Shown piece by piece: positions 31,400 through 41,987 of a stretch of 64,000 bases of DNA. Each line of letters opens with the position of its first letter. Positions within the stretch are counted from its first letter, which is position 1. The position numbers and the translations under genes were made by a program. The stretch is taken from positions 736,001-800,000 of the forward strand of contig AE017150.2 in NCBI GenBank assembly GCA_000002445.1, read 5' to 3'. The stretch comes from Trypanosoma brucei (Eukaryota). The notes beneath the pieces are model-generated. The model ran no database searches, was not told the origin of the DNA, and worked only from the letters and a program-made list of their open reading frames with translations.

Positions 31400-31902
31400 T
31401 TACCTGTTAGACTCTCTGTGCCTGTTGTTCTCTTTTCCTTCTGCCTTAATTTATTAGTAATATCTAATCCAAACGTATTTGATACACCCACTTGCTTCTA
31501 ACTATGACTTTTTCCCACCCCTTATATTGATTGTTCCCTTTTTCCTCTTCTTGTCTCTACTCTATTTCTTTTCTCATTGGAGTGAATAAACAGTATTTGA
31601 ATTATTTAAAAAAAACGTGTTCGAGGAGAGAAAAGTAGGGTAGTAGTTCCTTTTTGTTTTTTTTCCACCGTATGAAGAGTGAACAGAGTAAAAAAAAACC
31701 TGACACCAATAATGCACATGCACAAAACGGAGATAGGTACAACTTAACTGAATGCATCCTCTCGGTATATACATGCTTGTGTGAATTTTACTGTGTGAAC
31801 ACTAACAAGTTGCAAAAACGAAAGTAAACAAACAAAAAAATGACGAAACGTGGGTAGCAAGCAAAAGTTAAAATTACTGAGCGGCTAAGTCGCGAAATGA
31901 TG

Positions 31903-33195
31903 TCATCTTGAAAGCAGGGATCGCTCCCACTTGTTCACTTTCGTATGCTCCCCGCCATTAATAAGAGCGCCGAGTACTGTATCACTTAGATCGTTGAATG
32001 TCCTTCCGTCTCCGTCTCCCTCTTCCGAGTTTCGAGGTTGTAGGTTGGAAAACCCACTTCCTTCACTCCCGCGCCGGACATTACTTACTGAAGGAGTATG
32101 AAGCAAAGTATTATAATCAGCACCGTCATTCTTGGCGGCCCGGTATTTTTCTCCACATTTCCCATTACTTTCTCCATACGGCAATGTTGTGAGCGTAATG
32201 GACGATAAATATTCACCTTCATCGATTCCACTACATCCTTTACCACGCAGCATTTCAAGGGTTGCTTGCTCCTCAGCCGCAGCACTCGTCAGCATGCGCA
32301 TCGACTCCTTCCGCCGCACAATCTTCATTAACTCGGCGTTGTGTCGTCTGGTTACGGCCACTTCTTCACGCAGTCGAACGATAGCCGAGAACACGGCTTC
32401 ACAGCGCGTACGAGAATCTTCCGTTAGACCGTATTTTCCAACATCTGGAAGGCTACTTTCAGATGGCTCTTCGCTAAGAAGCAACACAAACACATCAATC
32501 AATATCTTGTCAAGAATTCCCTCTCTTCTCACAGGTGCCACCATTTTGCGGGTATCATCGTACCCTCCCTTCCTGGACTGCTTTACTGAACGTCGTTTCA
32601 AAGACAAGGACGGTGCTGTCTCATCTCTCTCTTCACCATCTTGTTCATAACTACGAATTGAAACAAACGGTGACTGTGAAGTTGCTCTGCTACTTGTTAC
32701 AACGCCTTCACGATGTTTGGCCGCTGGAGATGGCACGCAACGTTCCTTCGTGTTTCCAACAACTCCTCCATGAGAAGCTGCTTTACCATTCCTACTCGTA
32801 GGCGACCGTTTGCCTCTGCTTCGAGATGGGGCCACGGGTACCGAGGTTCGCCTCGCTCCCTTAGCGATTAGATTTATTCTCTCTTCCCCATCCTCCACTC
32901 GTTTTCGTAACTTTGATATGTAACCTTCTAACTTCTGTATTCGCCCCTCGTTGCGCTTCTCGTTCTTGCGCATGATGGCTATTTCCTTCCGCAGCTCCAT
33001 ATTCGCAGTCGCCTCATCATTGAGCTGTCGAGCGGCTTGGTGCAACAGTTTGCGGTACATTACGACAGGTTTGTGGGTATGGCTTTCCAATTCCGCAAAA
33101 AGAGACATAATGTGAGGTGCAGTGTCCCTTTCGTGTATAGCACCGGATGACCCTCTCATCGCTTCGGAATTTCGATAAATCGTAGGATTTTGCAT
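31903..33195 (-). CDS. Hypothetical protein with a coiled-coil N-terminal region, basic and Ser-rich, and no recognisable domain
   Basis: Seen in sequence: ATG verified at 33193-33195. The 430-aa ORF has complex composition and typical kinetoplastid codon usage. It fits the same-strand gene spacing. I recognise no motif. Confidence 0.55.
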   Translation of the reverse strand: MQNPTIYRNSEAMRGSSGAIHERDTAPHIMSLFAELESHTHKPVVMYRKLLHQAARQLNDEATANMELRKEIAIMRKNEKRNEGRIQKLEGYISKLRKRVEDGEERINLIAKGARRTSVPVAPSRSRGKRSPTSRNGKAASHGGVVGNTKERCVPSPAAKHREGVVTSSRATSQSPFVSIRSYEQDGEERDETAPSLSLKRRSVKQSRKGGYDDTRKMVAPVRREGILDKILIDVFVLLLSEEPSESSLPDVGKYGLTEDSRTRCEAVFSAIVRLREEVAVTRRHNAELMKIVRRKESMRMLTSAAAEEQATLEMLRGKGCSGIDEGEYLSSITLTTLPYGESNGKCGEKYRAAKNDGADYNTLLHTPSVSNVRRGSEGSGFSNLQPRNSEEGDGDGRTFNDLSDTVLGALINGGEHTKVNKWERSLLSR

Positions 33196-33431
33196 GTACC
33201 TATATATATATATATATGTATGTTGTGTGCCTTTCTATGGAGGCAAATGAGTGTATGCCTTGTAAAGGGAAAGAGAGAAGTGTGTAACGGACATATTGAA
33301 CCCACAATCCCTCTTCGAATTTATGTCTCAAAGGCACATGATCCTCTTTTTTTTTTCATTTCTTTTTTAAAATACCGCTTTCCAATGACCAATGAAAATA
33401 TTATGTGAAAGCGATGAAAGAACATCAAGCG

Positions 33432-33470
33432 ACACACACACACACACACACACACACTTTCTCTCTCTCA
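33432..33470. repeat. Compound microsatellite (AC)13 followed by (CT)6
   Basis: Seen in sequence: gacacacacacacacacacacacacactttctctctctc. Confidence 0.9.
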
Positions 33471-33676
33471 ACTGTTTGGCGCGACCGGGGGCTTAAACCG
33501 GGTTATCATCGTGATTTCAGAATCTGCGATGTGGCACTTGTACGGTACCATGCGCGGTATGCTAAAACCCAGTTATGTCGCTGGAATAACAACATTTTTT
33601 TTTTTAAATTGAATTGTAAAGAGGGAGCCCCCTTAGTTGGGGATCTTAAGACCGGTAATGGGTTCTTCTCTTTACT

Positions 33677-33904
33677 TCAATGATTCTTCCAAATTTTGTT
33701 GCATCCATGATTACCGCTATCCCCACGGAGGTGGGGTGAATTAAGCGTGGCAAAACGTACCCGAATGTTGTCTTCATTTGCAACAAATCGTTCTTCCAAA
33801 ACCCACATATTTTTTTCCCTTTCAATCATCAACGTCGTCACACGCTCATCATACCGTTCGCGCCTCACTTCATTCCCTGTCGATCCCTCATCTTGTTGAT
33901 TCAT
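33677..33904 (-). CDS. Small hypothetical ORF of 75 aa; uncertain
   Basis: Seen in sequence: the ORF track start at 33919 is GTG. The first ATG is at 33902-33904. Composition is acidic and non-repetitive, and the ORF is on the same strand as the unit. It is short and has no recognisable motif, so this is a weak call. Confidence 0.2.
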   Translation of the reverse strand: MNQQDEGSTGNEVRRERYDERVTTLMIEREKNMWVLEERFVANEDNIRVRFATLNSPHLRGDSGNHGCNKIWKNH

Positions 33905-35006
33905 ATACGAATCATTCACACAAAAATTTTAATGTATAAGGGGATCACTTACGTAATAATAATAATAGTGAAAAATAAAAAGTGATAGCATAACAACAAA
34001 CCCCTAAAAGTAGTTTGTGATAAAGATGTGTACGATAACACTCCCCCTTTCTGTAAATTTTTTTTCCCCTTCCCCTCCCCTACACCTTTCGCAATTACTC
34101 CACAAACAGCACTGACAAAATAATAATGATAATAGTTATAATAATAATAAACACTCCTTTCATTGTTTTATTTATTTATTTCCTCCCTTTCCTTCCCTCC
34201 TCCGCCCATCGTGGAAGCGCTGCAGACGTGGATGCCTTTCGCATATGTTTTTTTTTAAAATAACTTGCAAGTAACATAATACAAACATCAATACTGATAT
34301 TGGAGTGTGACTCGCTGACCCCTGCTCCCCTCCTTTACGTTTTTGTTCCCTTTCCCTGGGTTTCCTCCGTTGAGTGACCCACGCAACAGGTGTTGCGACG
34401 AAAGAAAAGAAAAAAAACAACAACAGCAAAAGGAAGAGGGAGTCATACAATACCAATTTTGGAAAAAAAACGAAAAGAATGTCGAACACATAACCACCAC
34501 GATCATGCGGTAAAACGAAAGAAGGCAATTACATAGCACGAAAGTAAACGACGAGCAAGAGGAAAAAGATAAAGTAAATAAAGGGGGGACTATGGAAGTG
34601 TACGTGATGAGCACCAAAACAAAAAAAAGTAAAGGAAAGAGAGAGAGGAGGGAAAAGGCTCGGCCGGAAGCAAACATATACCAAAGGAATAAACATAAAG
34701 CACTTTAATGTCAGCACTTTGCAATCATGGTGGCCTCACTGTAGAGAGTATTACTCGGCCTGTCTGTGATTATTCATGCAGGATTGCGTAACCAAACATA
34801 TTTCCCTTACCCTTCAAGCCCACGCCAACATTCAACATATGCGCGCCCTTTAATTTGCCATATCACTCCGTATTCTTTTTCATCCCCTCCTCCTCCTCCC
34901 TTGTTTCCGTTTATCTTGTTTGTTCGTTTGTTCGTTTGATTCTTCCAACCGGCACCCATCCTCCATTCCACAACAAAAAGAACGAAAACAAAACGGAAGA
35001 GTTGTG

Positions 35007-36890
35007 CTACATTTGAATACGTACGGGACCAAACGGAGATTCGAGCCCAGTGATAAGCTTTTTGTCCTCACGTACACCTGTACCACTGTAGGTGTCACCG
35101 AGCATCCAGCCCCCGAGAATTGCGTAGTAATCGCCTCGCTTTGGTATGCGGAAAAGTTGTTGATACACCATGTCACGGTTACTGAAGTTGCCATCAGACT
35201 CAGCTAGAACTTTGCCGTCAGGTTCAGTGACGGTCACATTCCTTCCTACACGGCCAACGATGGGCTTCTTTGCATAGCCGGTGCGGCGAAGCTCATCAGT
35301 GAGTTCATAACTTGCGGGAAGTATGGCGGGGTGGTCGGGGTGATTATTATAAATAATGGGCAATATTGCTTTGTTGCTGGGAATGAGTTTCCACATAGGC
35401 TCAAAGACACGTATGTCCCAGTTATTTCCGAGAAGAATATCACACAGGCGAACCTTATCCTTTGGCGTGGGCTTCCACTCCGCGCCACGCTGCTCTCGTG
35501 CAGCTTGATGATCAGAAATCGCCGTCTCCCACATCCACGTCTTCCACACAGCCGTCACCGGAATGCCGTCCGAATCCACAACTGCTCCCTTTTCATCGAA
35601 ATGGAACTCGTCAAACATGACGCACAATTTCGCGTCAATACCAGCCTCTCGAGCCTTCTCCATCACATACAAAGCAGTATAACGTTCCTCCCCGTCATCG
35701 TCCACAAGAAAATGCACACGCCCCTTCAACCCCGTCATTTCCCACGCCCGGACGAGTGTTTGGGGCATGAATTTCCCGCTGCTTCTTGTAGCATTGTCGT
35801 CTAACCCAACGGAGTTTGCCCACTTCTCTTGGATTACAGCACATTCGAGAAGTGTCGACGCGCTGTCCGCATTGTATTCAAAGCACTTGAATTCTTGAGT
35901 GTTTTCATCAAAAACAAAGTCAAACCGCCCCGTGATGGCATGGGGCTGAGTTTTCCATGAGTGCCGGATGCGAGGCCAATACTCTTCTGGGATGCGAAAT
36001 CGACGTAACTTATCGTCGCTCTCAAGCACCTGCTTTGTTGCCTCGAGAAAGAATGAATGCAGCTGCGTACCGTAACGGACGCAGTTAAGGTACAACTCCC
36101 TGTTCATCAAATAGTAACATGATTCGTACACCCCTCCTCGAGTCGCCTCCTTACCAAATGTTTTGTAGAATTCCGCTTCGGCTTCGTTTGTCAAGTCCAG
36201 CCAGTCAGTCTTTCGATTCTCTGGAGTGAAAACAACGCGACGAAGGAAAGGCTTCTCTGGTTGTTTAAAGTAAAGTGACTCATGCAACACCAATGGTTCC
36301 TTAGGATTACGGTTTGGCCTACTAGGGAATGTAACCCACCCCAGAGGAACAAAGATTCCCTCTGCTGCATGATCCTCAACAGTCCACACACCTCCTTCGT
36401 GCTTCAGCAACAACTCTGCCGAGTAGGTCCCCTTCCACTTATGAAACCGATGGTTTTGGTCCGCAATGCGCACCCATTTGTCACCCACCTCTGTGATAAC
36501 CGCGACATGTCCCCATGGCGCATCCTCATTAACGGCGTAAATCAGCAACGAATCTGCCACGGGCTTCGCTGCTGTTCCGTTGGAAACTTTAACGCACGGG
36601 ACGGGGGTTGCAGTGCTTGCGTCATGAACCTCTGTTAGATCAAATATGTGAGCAGCCCAATTAACGTCTGGAAGAACAAGCCCTTTGGCCTCATATAACC
36701 AACGACGAGCAAATTCTACACATTGGTATTTGAAACCGCAGAAAAGATTCCCGTCAATACTGCGCTCTCCCGAAAAAAAGCCATCATGTCCGTTGCTGTA
36801 AGCAGGTACGCCACAAGGGGTGTAGCCCTGAATCTCACCAAAGGGAACGTGAGGTTCTTCTTTAGTGTCTGCAAGTGCCGACTTCGTCAT
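35007..36890 (-). CDS. TRYS: Trypanothione synthetase (bifunctional glutathionylspermidine/trypanothione synthetase-amidase)
   Basis: Seen in sequence: an N-terminal CHAP-type amidase domain has a catalytic Cys in [13 protein letters not shown] and a His in [13 protein letters not shown] long C-terminal ATP-grasp-like synthetase domain follows, typical of GspS/TryS proteins. The ORF track start at 36899 is TTG. The first ATG (MTKSALADT…) is at 36888-36890, giving 627 aa. Established knowledge: TryS is a monomeric protein of roughly 620-650 aa in trypanosomatids with this domain order. Confidence 0.85.
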   Translation of the reverse strand: MTKSALADTKEEPHVPFGEIQGYTPCGVPAYSNGHDGFFSGERSIDGNLFCGFKYQCVEFARRWLYEAKGLVLPDVNWAAHIFDLTEVHDASTATPVPCVKVSNGTAAKPVADSLLIYAVNEDAPWGHVAVITEVGDKWVRIADQNHRFHKWKGTYSAELLLKHEGGVWTVEDHAAEGIFVPLGWVTFPSRPNRNPKEPLVLHESLYFKQPEKPFLRRVVFTPENRKTDWLDLTNEAEAEFYKTFGKEATRGGVYESCYYLMNRELYLNCVRYGTQLHSFFLEATKQVLESDDKLRRFRIPEEYWPRIRHSWKTQPHAITGRFDFVFDENTQEFKCFEYNADSASTLLECAVIQEKWANSVGLDDNATRSSGKFMPQTLVRAWEMTGLKGRVHFLVDDDGEERYTALYVMEKAREAGIDAKLCVMFDEFHFDEKGAVVDSDGIPVTAVWKTWMWETAISDHQAAREQRGAEWKPTPKDKVRLCDILLGNNWDIRVFEPMWKLIPSNKAILPIIYNNHPDHPAILPASYELTDELRRTGYAKKPIVGRVGRNVTVTEPDGKVLAESDGNFSNRDMVYQQLFRIPKRGDYYAILGGWMLGDTYSGTGVREDKKLITGLESPFGPVRIQM

Positions 36891-37372
36891 TTGTTTCAAT
36901 TGCTTTTCCTGGTATTTCCTTCAGGGACTTTCAAATAGAATTCCTTTTGGCCTTTTCGTTCGGACTTTTGTGTGGGTATTTTTCTGAAGTGACAGCGAAA
37001 GAACACACACAAAAAAAAAAAGACAGCGTAACATGTATGCATATGTTTCTGCGCACACATAGCAAAATATGAAGATGCACCGGTTGTATATTAAAACAAT
37101 TATACGTTAATCCGCTGTTGCACCACAAAATAACACATACGCAGAAAACTCAGCCACTCTAACAAGAACGCACGCAAAATTAGAGGTAAACAAAATAAAA
37201 ATACTCCAACTGCAGTGTTTCATGCCCGACGATAAAAGAAACAACAACCACACAAATTCAAATGACGCCATGCATAGCAAAAAAAAAAATAATAATAATA
37301 AACAATCACACTCCCTTTCTCCTGAGTCAGTAATAACAAGGGCGGCCGCACCATCAACGGGACGCAACAACA

Positions 37373-38608
37373 TCAGTTTTGATCAATGCCAGCGCGCAGT
37401 GGTGCTACTGTGTTACCATTGGGAGCTACTTCAAGTCCTTGTTGAGTTGCGGTTTCCTCCTCCCTCTTTAGCATTTCCTCCTGCTCCTTTTCTCTACCAA
37501 ACACACGAAGCTCCGCCAGCACCTCCCGCTCTTCAATTGGTTTGCCATCCAGGGAATATTTTACTCCACTCATTAAACTACGGCCCTCCGTTTCTATCGC
37601 TTCCACAAGCTCCGGCCGTTTACCAATCCAACCCTCAAGAGGCAACAGAGAGCGTGGGGGCGCAAGGCCGGGATAAAGTGCCGTCCTTCCCGGATTAAGC
37701 GTAGACTCGGGGGTTTCCCATGCATCCTCCAGAAATGCCCTCTGGAACTGCTGCAGAAATGGCAAAGGCACATACACTTCTACAATAAACTTCGGATTGA
37801 GCATGAGTGTTTCCTTTGCCTCAGAGCCAATGCGATGGAAACCTTTAATTAGCGATTGCTGGTTCAGCTTCCCAATCTCATGGTAGAAGCGAGGGCCGCA
37901 TGTATCACAGCAGAGAGCAGGAATACGAATAACATCGGCCCGACCGTCAGGAACCTCCGCCGCCTCGTAAAGAATATTCCGATAAGCTGAAATCATTTCC
38001 ACCTGCGCCTCCTCCCGTCGGAAGCGATCGACATCAATGAACGGGTTGATGCAAATCGCCGTGTGAAATTGCGCGGAAACACCATGAGCTGCCTCTCTCA
38101 CAAATGAATTACGCAGGAGAGTTGTGTCGCCATACTGGCGCAAGTGTCGTTTGTTGCTGGAAGGTAGAGAAAAGCCACTCTCCCCCAGTGCAAGTGACGA
38201 GGAGATGCCACTTCTCCGATCTGAAGGTACTTCCCCTTCGGAATTATCTGAAACCGTTGGCCAATCTTCATAGTAGAGCGGGTTGGAAGCTGGAAAGGAA
38301 ATCAGTGACTCCACATCTTCAAGTAGCAATAAATCCACAACAAGTACACGTATTGTTTCTTCTGCAGCACCTCCCGAGCTCTCTCCTGGAGCAGATGGTG
38401 GAACTGGCAGCCCGTATAAATCACCCACTTGCGTTAGCGGAAGAAGATGAATGCGCTTTTCGAAGGCTAATGAAAACGCGTCTCGCCCACGAGGTTTGTT
38501 GAGGGTTGTATTTGATCGCCGTAGCCGCATGACACGGGAGTCATCCAATCCTGCATAAAACGAGCGGCGACCCAGTGAAGGACGGGTCCAAATTCCAAAT
38601 CTCTTCAT
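37373..38608 (-). CDS. Hypothetical conserved protein of 411 aa
   Basis: Seen in sequence: ATG verified at 38606-38608. The ORF is non-repetitive and coding-like, placed between TryS and MRE11. I recognise no domain. Confidence 0.6.
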   Translation of the reverse strand: MKRFGIWTRPSLGRRSFYAGLDDSRVMRLRRSNTTLNKPRGRDAFSLAFEKRIHLLPLTQVGDLYGLPVPPSAPGESSGGAAEETIRVLVVDLLLLEDVESLISFPASNPLYYEDWPTVSDNSEGEVPSDRRSGISSSLALGESGFSLPSSNKRHLRQYGDTTLLRNSFVREAAHGVSAQFHTAICINPFIDVDRFRREEAQVEMISAYRNILYEAAEVPDGRADVIRIPALCCDTCGPRFYHEIGKLNQQSLIKGFHRIGSEAKETLMLNPKFIVEVYVPLPFLQQFQRAFLEDAWETPESTLNPGRTALYPGLAPPRSLLPLEGWIGKRPELVEAIETEGRSLMSGVKYSLDGKPIEEREVLAELRVFGREKEQEEMLKREEETATQQGLEVAPNGNTVAPLRAGIDQN

Positions 38609-39165
38609 TCACCAACTTCACCGGCGCTTTTCTTCCCTCCCCACCCTTTCCGCGTTTTCTTTACTAGTTACCATGTTGAAGAATACAACAGAAACAAATA
38701 AGGGTGGTGGTAATGCGAAAAAAAAAAAGCAACAAAAGAAACTCCCTGGGGCGCGGCCAAAAATAACGGGTGTATACCGAATAATACGTGAAGGAAGTGT
38801 ATACGTAGTGTCCACACAGTAATTAAAGGGGGAAAAAAATATTGCGAAAGTCATGAACAATGGGTGTGTCAACACACTCGATATCACCCCGATCGTCTGA
38901 AAAGAGAGATTTCCCATTACGCTGGGACGCGACAACTCAGAGCACAAAAGGGTGTAATCTATGCTCTATATGTTTTGTGCGTACTACTCAAGAATTACCC
39001 TTTCCTTCCCTATCTTTTTTTTGCGCATGCACAGATATAAATATATAGACAGTTATAAATAGATGCACAGATATCTATGTAACTGTCGAGAGGTACGTGT
39101 CTGTCCACAAAGTACAAATTAAAAAAAAAAAACACACACACACAAGACAAACCGACACTGTGATT

Positions 39166-41457
39166 CTAATAGTTATCTGGCATGCCAGAACTACTTGTAG
39201 AAGCACCCTTTACTCCACCCCCTACAACAGGAGGTAGTAAGAAGTTTTCATCTGGAACCGGGTCACGTGTCAGTTCAAGTGATGGAAAAAGAGGCAAACC
39301 GCTGACACCACCATCAACAGGTCGCTTCGGCTTCCGACCTCTCGCTGGTTTGGGTGCTGATGTCTCAGATTTCACAGCCTTTCCTCCACCCTTCACGGTT
39401 GAAGCATTCGGGTGTGAGTTTACCTCGTTGGTGTCGCGCTCAGTAGCAACATCAAACACATTCAGCTCATCCCGTGATCGCTTCCCACGAGTGGCGGCCC
39501 CACCAGATGCATCTGGTGGGGATAAAGAGTTACTGAAATCTGGAAAAGTAAACCCTACTTGGGAAAGCGCGTCATTAGCGCCCTCCCCGTTATTTGTGGC
39601 TCCACTTCCTCCAGCCCGCCGGGGCGCCGTGGCGGATAAAAGCCCCAATGCGGCACCATCCGCTAATTCACCCCCTACACGGGGAAAATTACCACTATCC
39701 ATCGAAGCAGCTAACTCAGTGTCGGCCCGAAGCCGCTCGGTCAGTTCGTTTCCTTGAGTGGACCGCTGCAACGCCTCTTCTGCTGCGCGAGAAAGTTCCT
39801 CGTAGCGCTTGTTTGCCTCCTTCTTGTGGCGGACAACCTCCTCATAGATGCTTTCGGGTTTCAATATAGATTCCGACTCACCCCTGCGCATCGACACCCA
39901 AACCGACTTTTGGCATTTACTCAACAGTTCGCAGATGCGCTCGTCTATAGCGTCGCGCTCACCTTTCTCAGCGAAGGCATACACCGCTGCCGACACTTCG
40001 GATTCCGACAGCAACGAACATGCATCACGCGCATTAGCATTGAACACCTCGGCAACTTTGGTGCGTATGTCGGAGGTGTTAAGTCGTGGAACCGGCACTA
40101 CGGGGGCCTCACCACCTGTCGCTGATGCGGAAGAAGCGACGCGAGGCACCTGCTTGGGTTTAATGGGACGGAGGAGCTCACTTGGGTTCACAACAATGTC
40201 CATATATTGTTGCCCAAAACGATTGATGTTCGGTTGAGGGAAGGTCGTGGAGTCCGGATCTGTGAAATCCACTGCCAGCCTCATAATTGGGAACTTGATG
40301 TTGGGGTGGAACTTAAGAACATCATCCGGAATGCGGCTCACCTGCTCTTCAGCCTCTTCAATCATTTGCTCCACTACACTCCGAAGGAAGTCCTCCACCG
40401 CGTCAAGGGTCCGACAGCCGGGATTATCCCTCCACAATTCAACTGTTCGCCGGACGACAGGACGAATACTGCGAAGGGGAAATCCTGTGACTCGATAGGA
40501 CCCTCCTCGCACCTCCAGCACTCCGTATTTTTTGGGGTTGCACTCGTGCTCAGATAATGATGTTAGGATTGTACTACCCGGCTGAATGATGTCAAACCCC
40601 TCAGATGGAGAGGGTTCCATTTGTTGCTCATGTTCATTTCCCCAAATGACAAGATCCATCCCATGACCGGCGAGCATTGTTTCGTAAATGCCACACTTCA
40701 TATTTCCACCACTGCGAACCCCTCGGTTTTGATGAAAAAGCAGAATTTTAAACCAATCTTTTCCTGGTTCAGTCTTGGGTTGCACAAAGTGCAACTTCTT
40801 CATACGAAAGCACCGATGCAATCGATCATCACGGACATTCCCAAGACCATACAAGGCGATATACGTATCACCCTTTTTCAGCAGCACAGGTTCCACAACA
40901 ATATCATCCAACGAAGATGTATGCCCGAAGTAGTTCACAAGTCCAGCGGTGGACAGAATATCAATGGACGATGTACCTCCAACCGGATCATCATGGTTTC
41001 CATGTATCATAAAAATTGGCAACGCTACATTGATGTTCGGGTCCTGGAAGTTCGCCAAAGGCACTGGATGTGTTGGAAAGTTGCGCTTGGGATCACTCAA
41101 CAGTGTAAAGGAAATGGGTTTGTCACCTAACACATATGACCGCAGAAGGGATGATGTGCGAGCCAGGCAACCGAGGCTCGGTTTGTTATCATGGAAGAAA
41201 TCTCCAGCCAGCAGAATGGCGTCAACTTCATGTTCAAGTCGGGCTGCGCGCAGGCACTCTTCGAATGTTGTGAAACTATCATCCCCACGTCTCGAATCAC
41301 GTTCCTGATATCCGAGATGATTGTCAGAAGTCACAAGGAACTTGAACGTGGAGGCCGCCAACGACGGATCTGCTTGAGTTGACGTTGGCAAGGCATGCGA
41401 CTGTGTGGATGCCCTCTCGGCCATTATTATATGTAGCACTGTAACGCGACTCCCCAT
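39166..41457 (-). CDS. MRE11: Double-strand break repair nuclease MRE11
   Basis: Seen in sequence: ATG verified at 41455-41457. The MRE11 phosphoesterase motifs appear in order: LVTSDNHLGY, LLAGDFFHDNKPS, IHGNHDDP, GNVRDDRLHR and VIWGNEHE. An acidic and Gly/Ser-rich C-terminal tail is typical of MRE11. Confidence 0.92.
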   Translation of the reverse strand: MGSRVTVLHIIMAERASTQSHALPTSTQADPSLAASTFKFLVTSDNHLGYQERDSRRGDDSFTTFEECLRAARLEHEVDAILLAGDFFHDNKPSLGCLARTSSLLRSYVLGDKPISFTLLSDPKRNFPTHPVPLANFQDPNINVALPIFMIHGNHDDPVGGTSSIDILSTAGLVNYFGHTSSLDDIVVEPVLLKKGDTYIALYGLGNVRDDRLHRCFRMKKLHFVQPKTEPGKDWFKILLFHQNRGVRSGGNMKCGIYETMLAGHGMDLVIWGNEHEQQMEPSPSEGFDIIQPGSTILTSLSEHECNPKKYGVLEVRGGSYRVTGFPLRSIRPVVRRTVELWRDNPGCRTLDAVEDFLRSVVEQMIEEAEEQVSRIPDDVLKFHPNIKFPIMRLAVDFTDPDSTTFPQPNINRFGQQYMDIVVNPSELLRPIKPKQVPRVASSASATGGEAPVVPVPRLNTSDIRTKVAEVFNANARDACSLLSESEVSAAVYAFAEKGERDAIDERICELLSKCQKSVWVSMRRGESESILKPESIYEEVVRHKKEANKRYEELSRAAEEALQRSTQGNELTERLRADTELAASMDSGNFPRVGGELADGAALGLLSATAPRRAGGSGATNNGEGANDALSQVGFTFPDFSNSLSPPDASGGAATRGKRSRDELNVFDVATERDTNEVNSHPNASTVKGGGKAVKSETSAPKPARGRKPKRPVDGGVSGLPLFPSLELTRDPVPDENFLLPPVVGGGVKGASTSSSGMPDNY

Positions 41458-41987
41458 TTCAGAAGGGGGAAAAAATTAGTAGAAGCAAGCCGTTAAGACA
41501 GATCAAGATGAGGATAAAGGCGATGGGAAAAGTAACAAATATGGCAACTAACAAATGCCGAATGAGCCAACAACATGTGCAAGGATGCAAGCCCAACAGC
41601 ATCGACAACAAAGAACAAAGAGACGCCGCACGGGGGAGGGGGATGGTAAAAACATCCCAAAAACCCACAACCAACAACAACCCAACTGAAGAAATTTACA
41701 CGTAAGCACGGTACGATACTAATGTCATAAATATCTGTGAACAGCCACACATCCCTTCACCCTATCGAGGGGAAGAGCTATCAAAAAAAAAAAAAGTAAA
41801 ATCCTTCAGGATATCAATAAACTGGTCGACAGTTCAACTGTAGGAGCGGCCACGGGCTACACAGCCACCAACCACAAACCCTAGCGCGGTACCCACACGC
41901 ATGAGCATACAAACTAATTTACTCGATCATTTCCGAGAAAAATTGGCGCAAAGAAATGATAAACAAATGAAGTACCCACCGTAATCA

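Noticed and set aside
33405-33683. A + strand 92-aa ORF overlapping the candidate structured element (…THTHTHTHTFSLSTVWRDRGLKPGYHRDF…)
   Set aside because: It begins by translating the (AC)n microsatellite and is on the non-transcribed strand. The underlying sequence is more plausibly non-coding.
41508-41705. Short ORFs in the MRE11 5' flank, and a possible tRNA or snRNA search across all spacers
   Set aside because: I found no cloverleaf-compatible sequence or recognisable U-snRNA, 7SL, SL RNA or 5S motif by eye. Without a scanning tool this is not exhaustive, so no RNA gene is reported.
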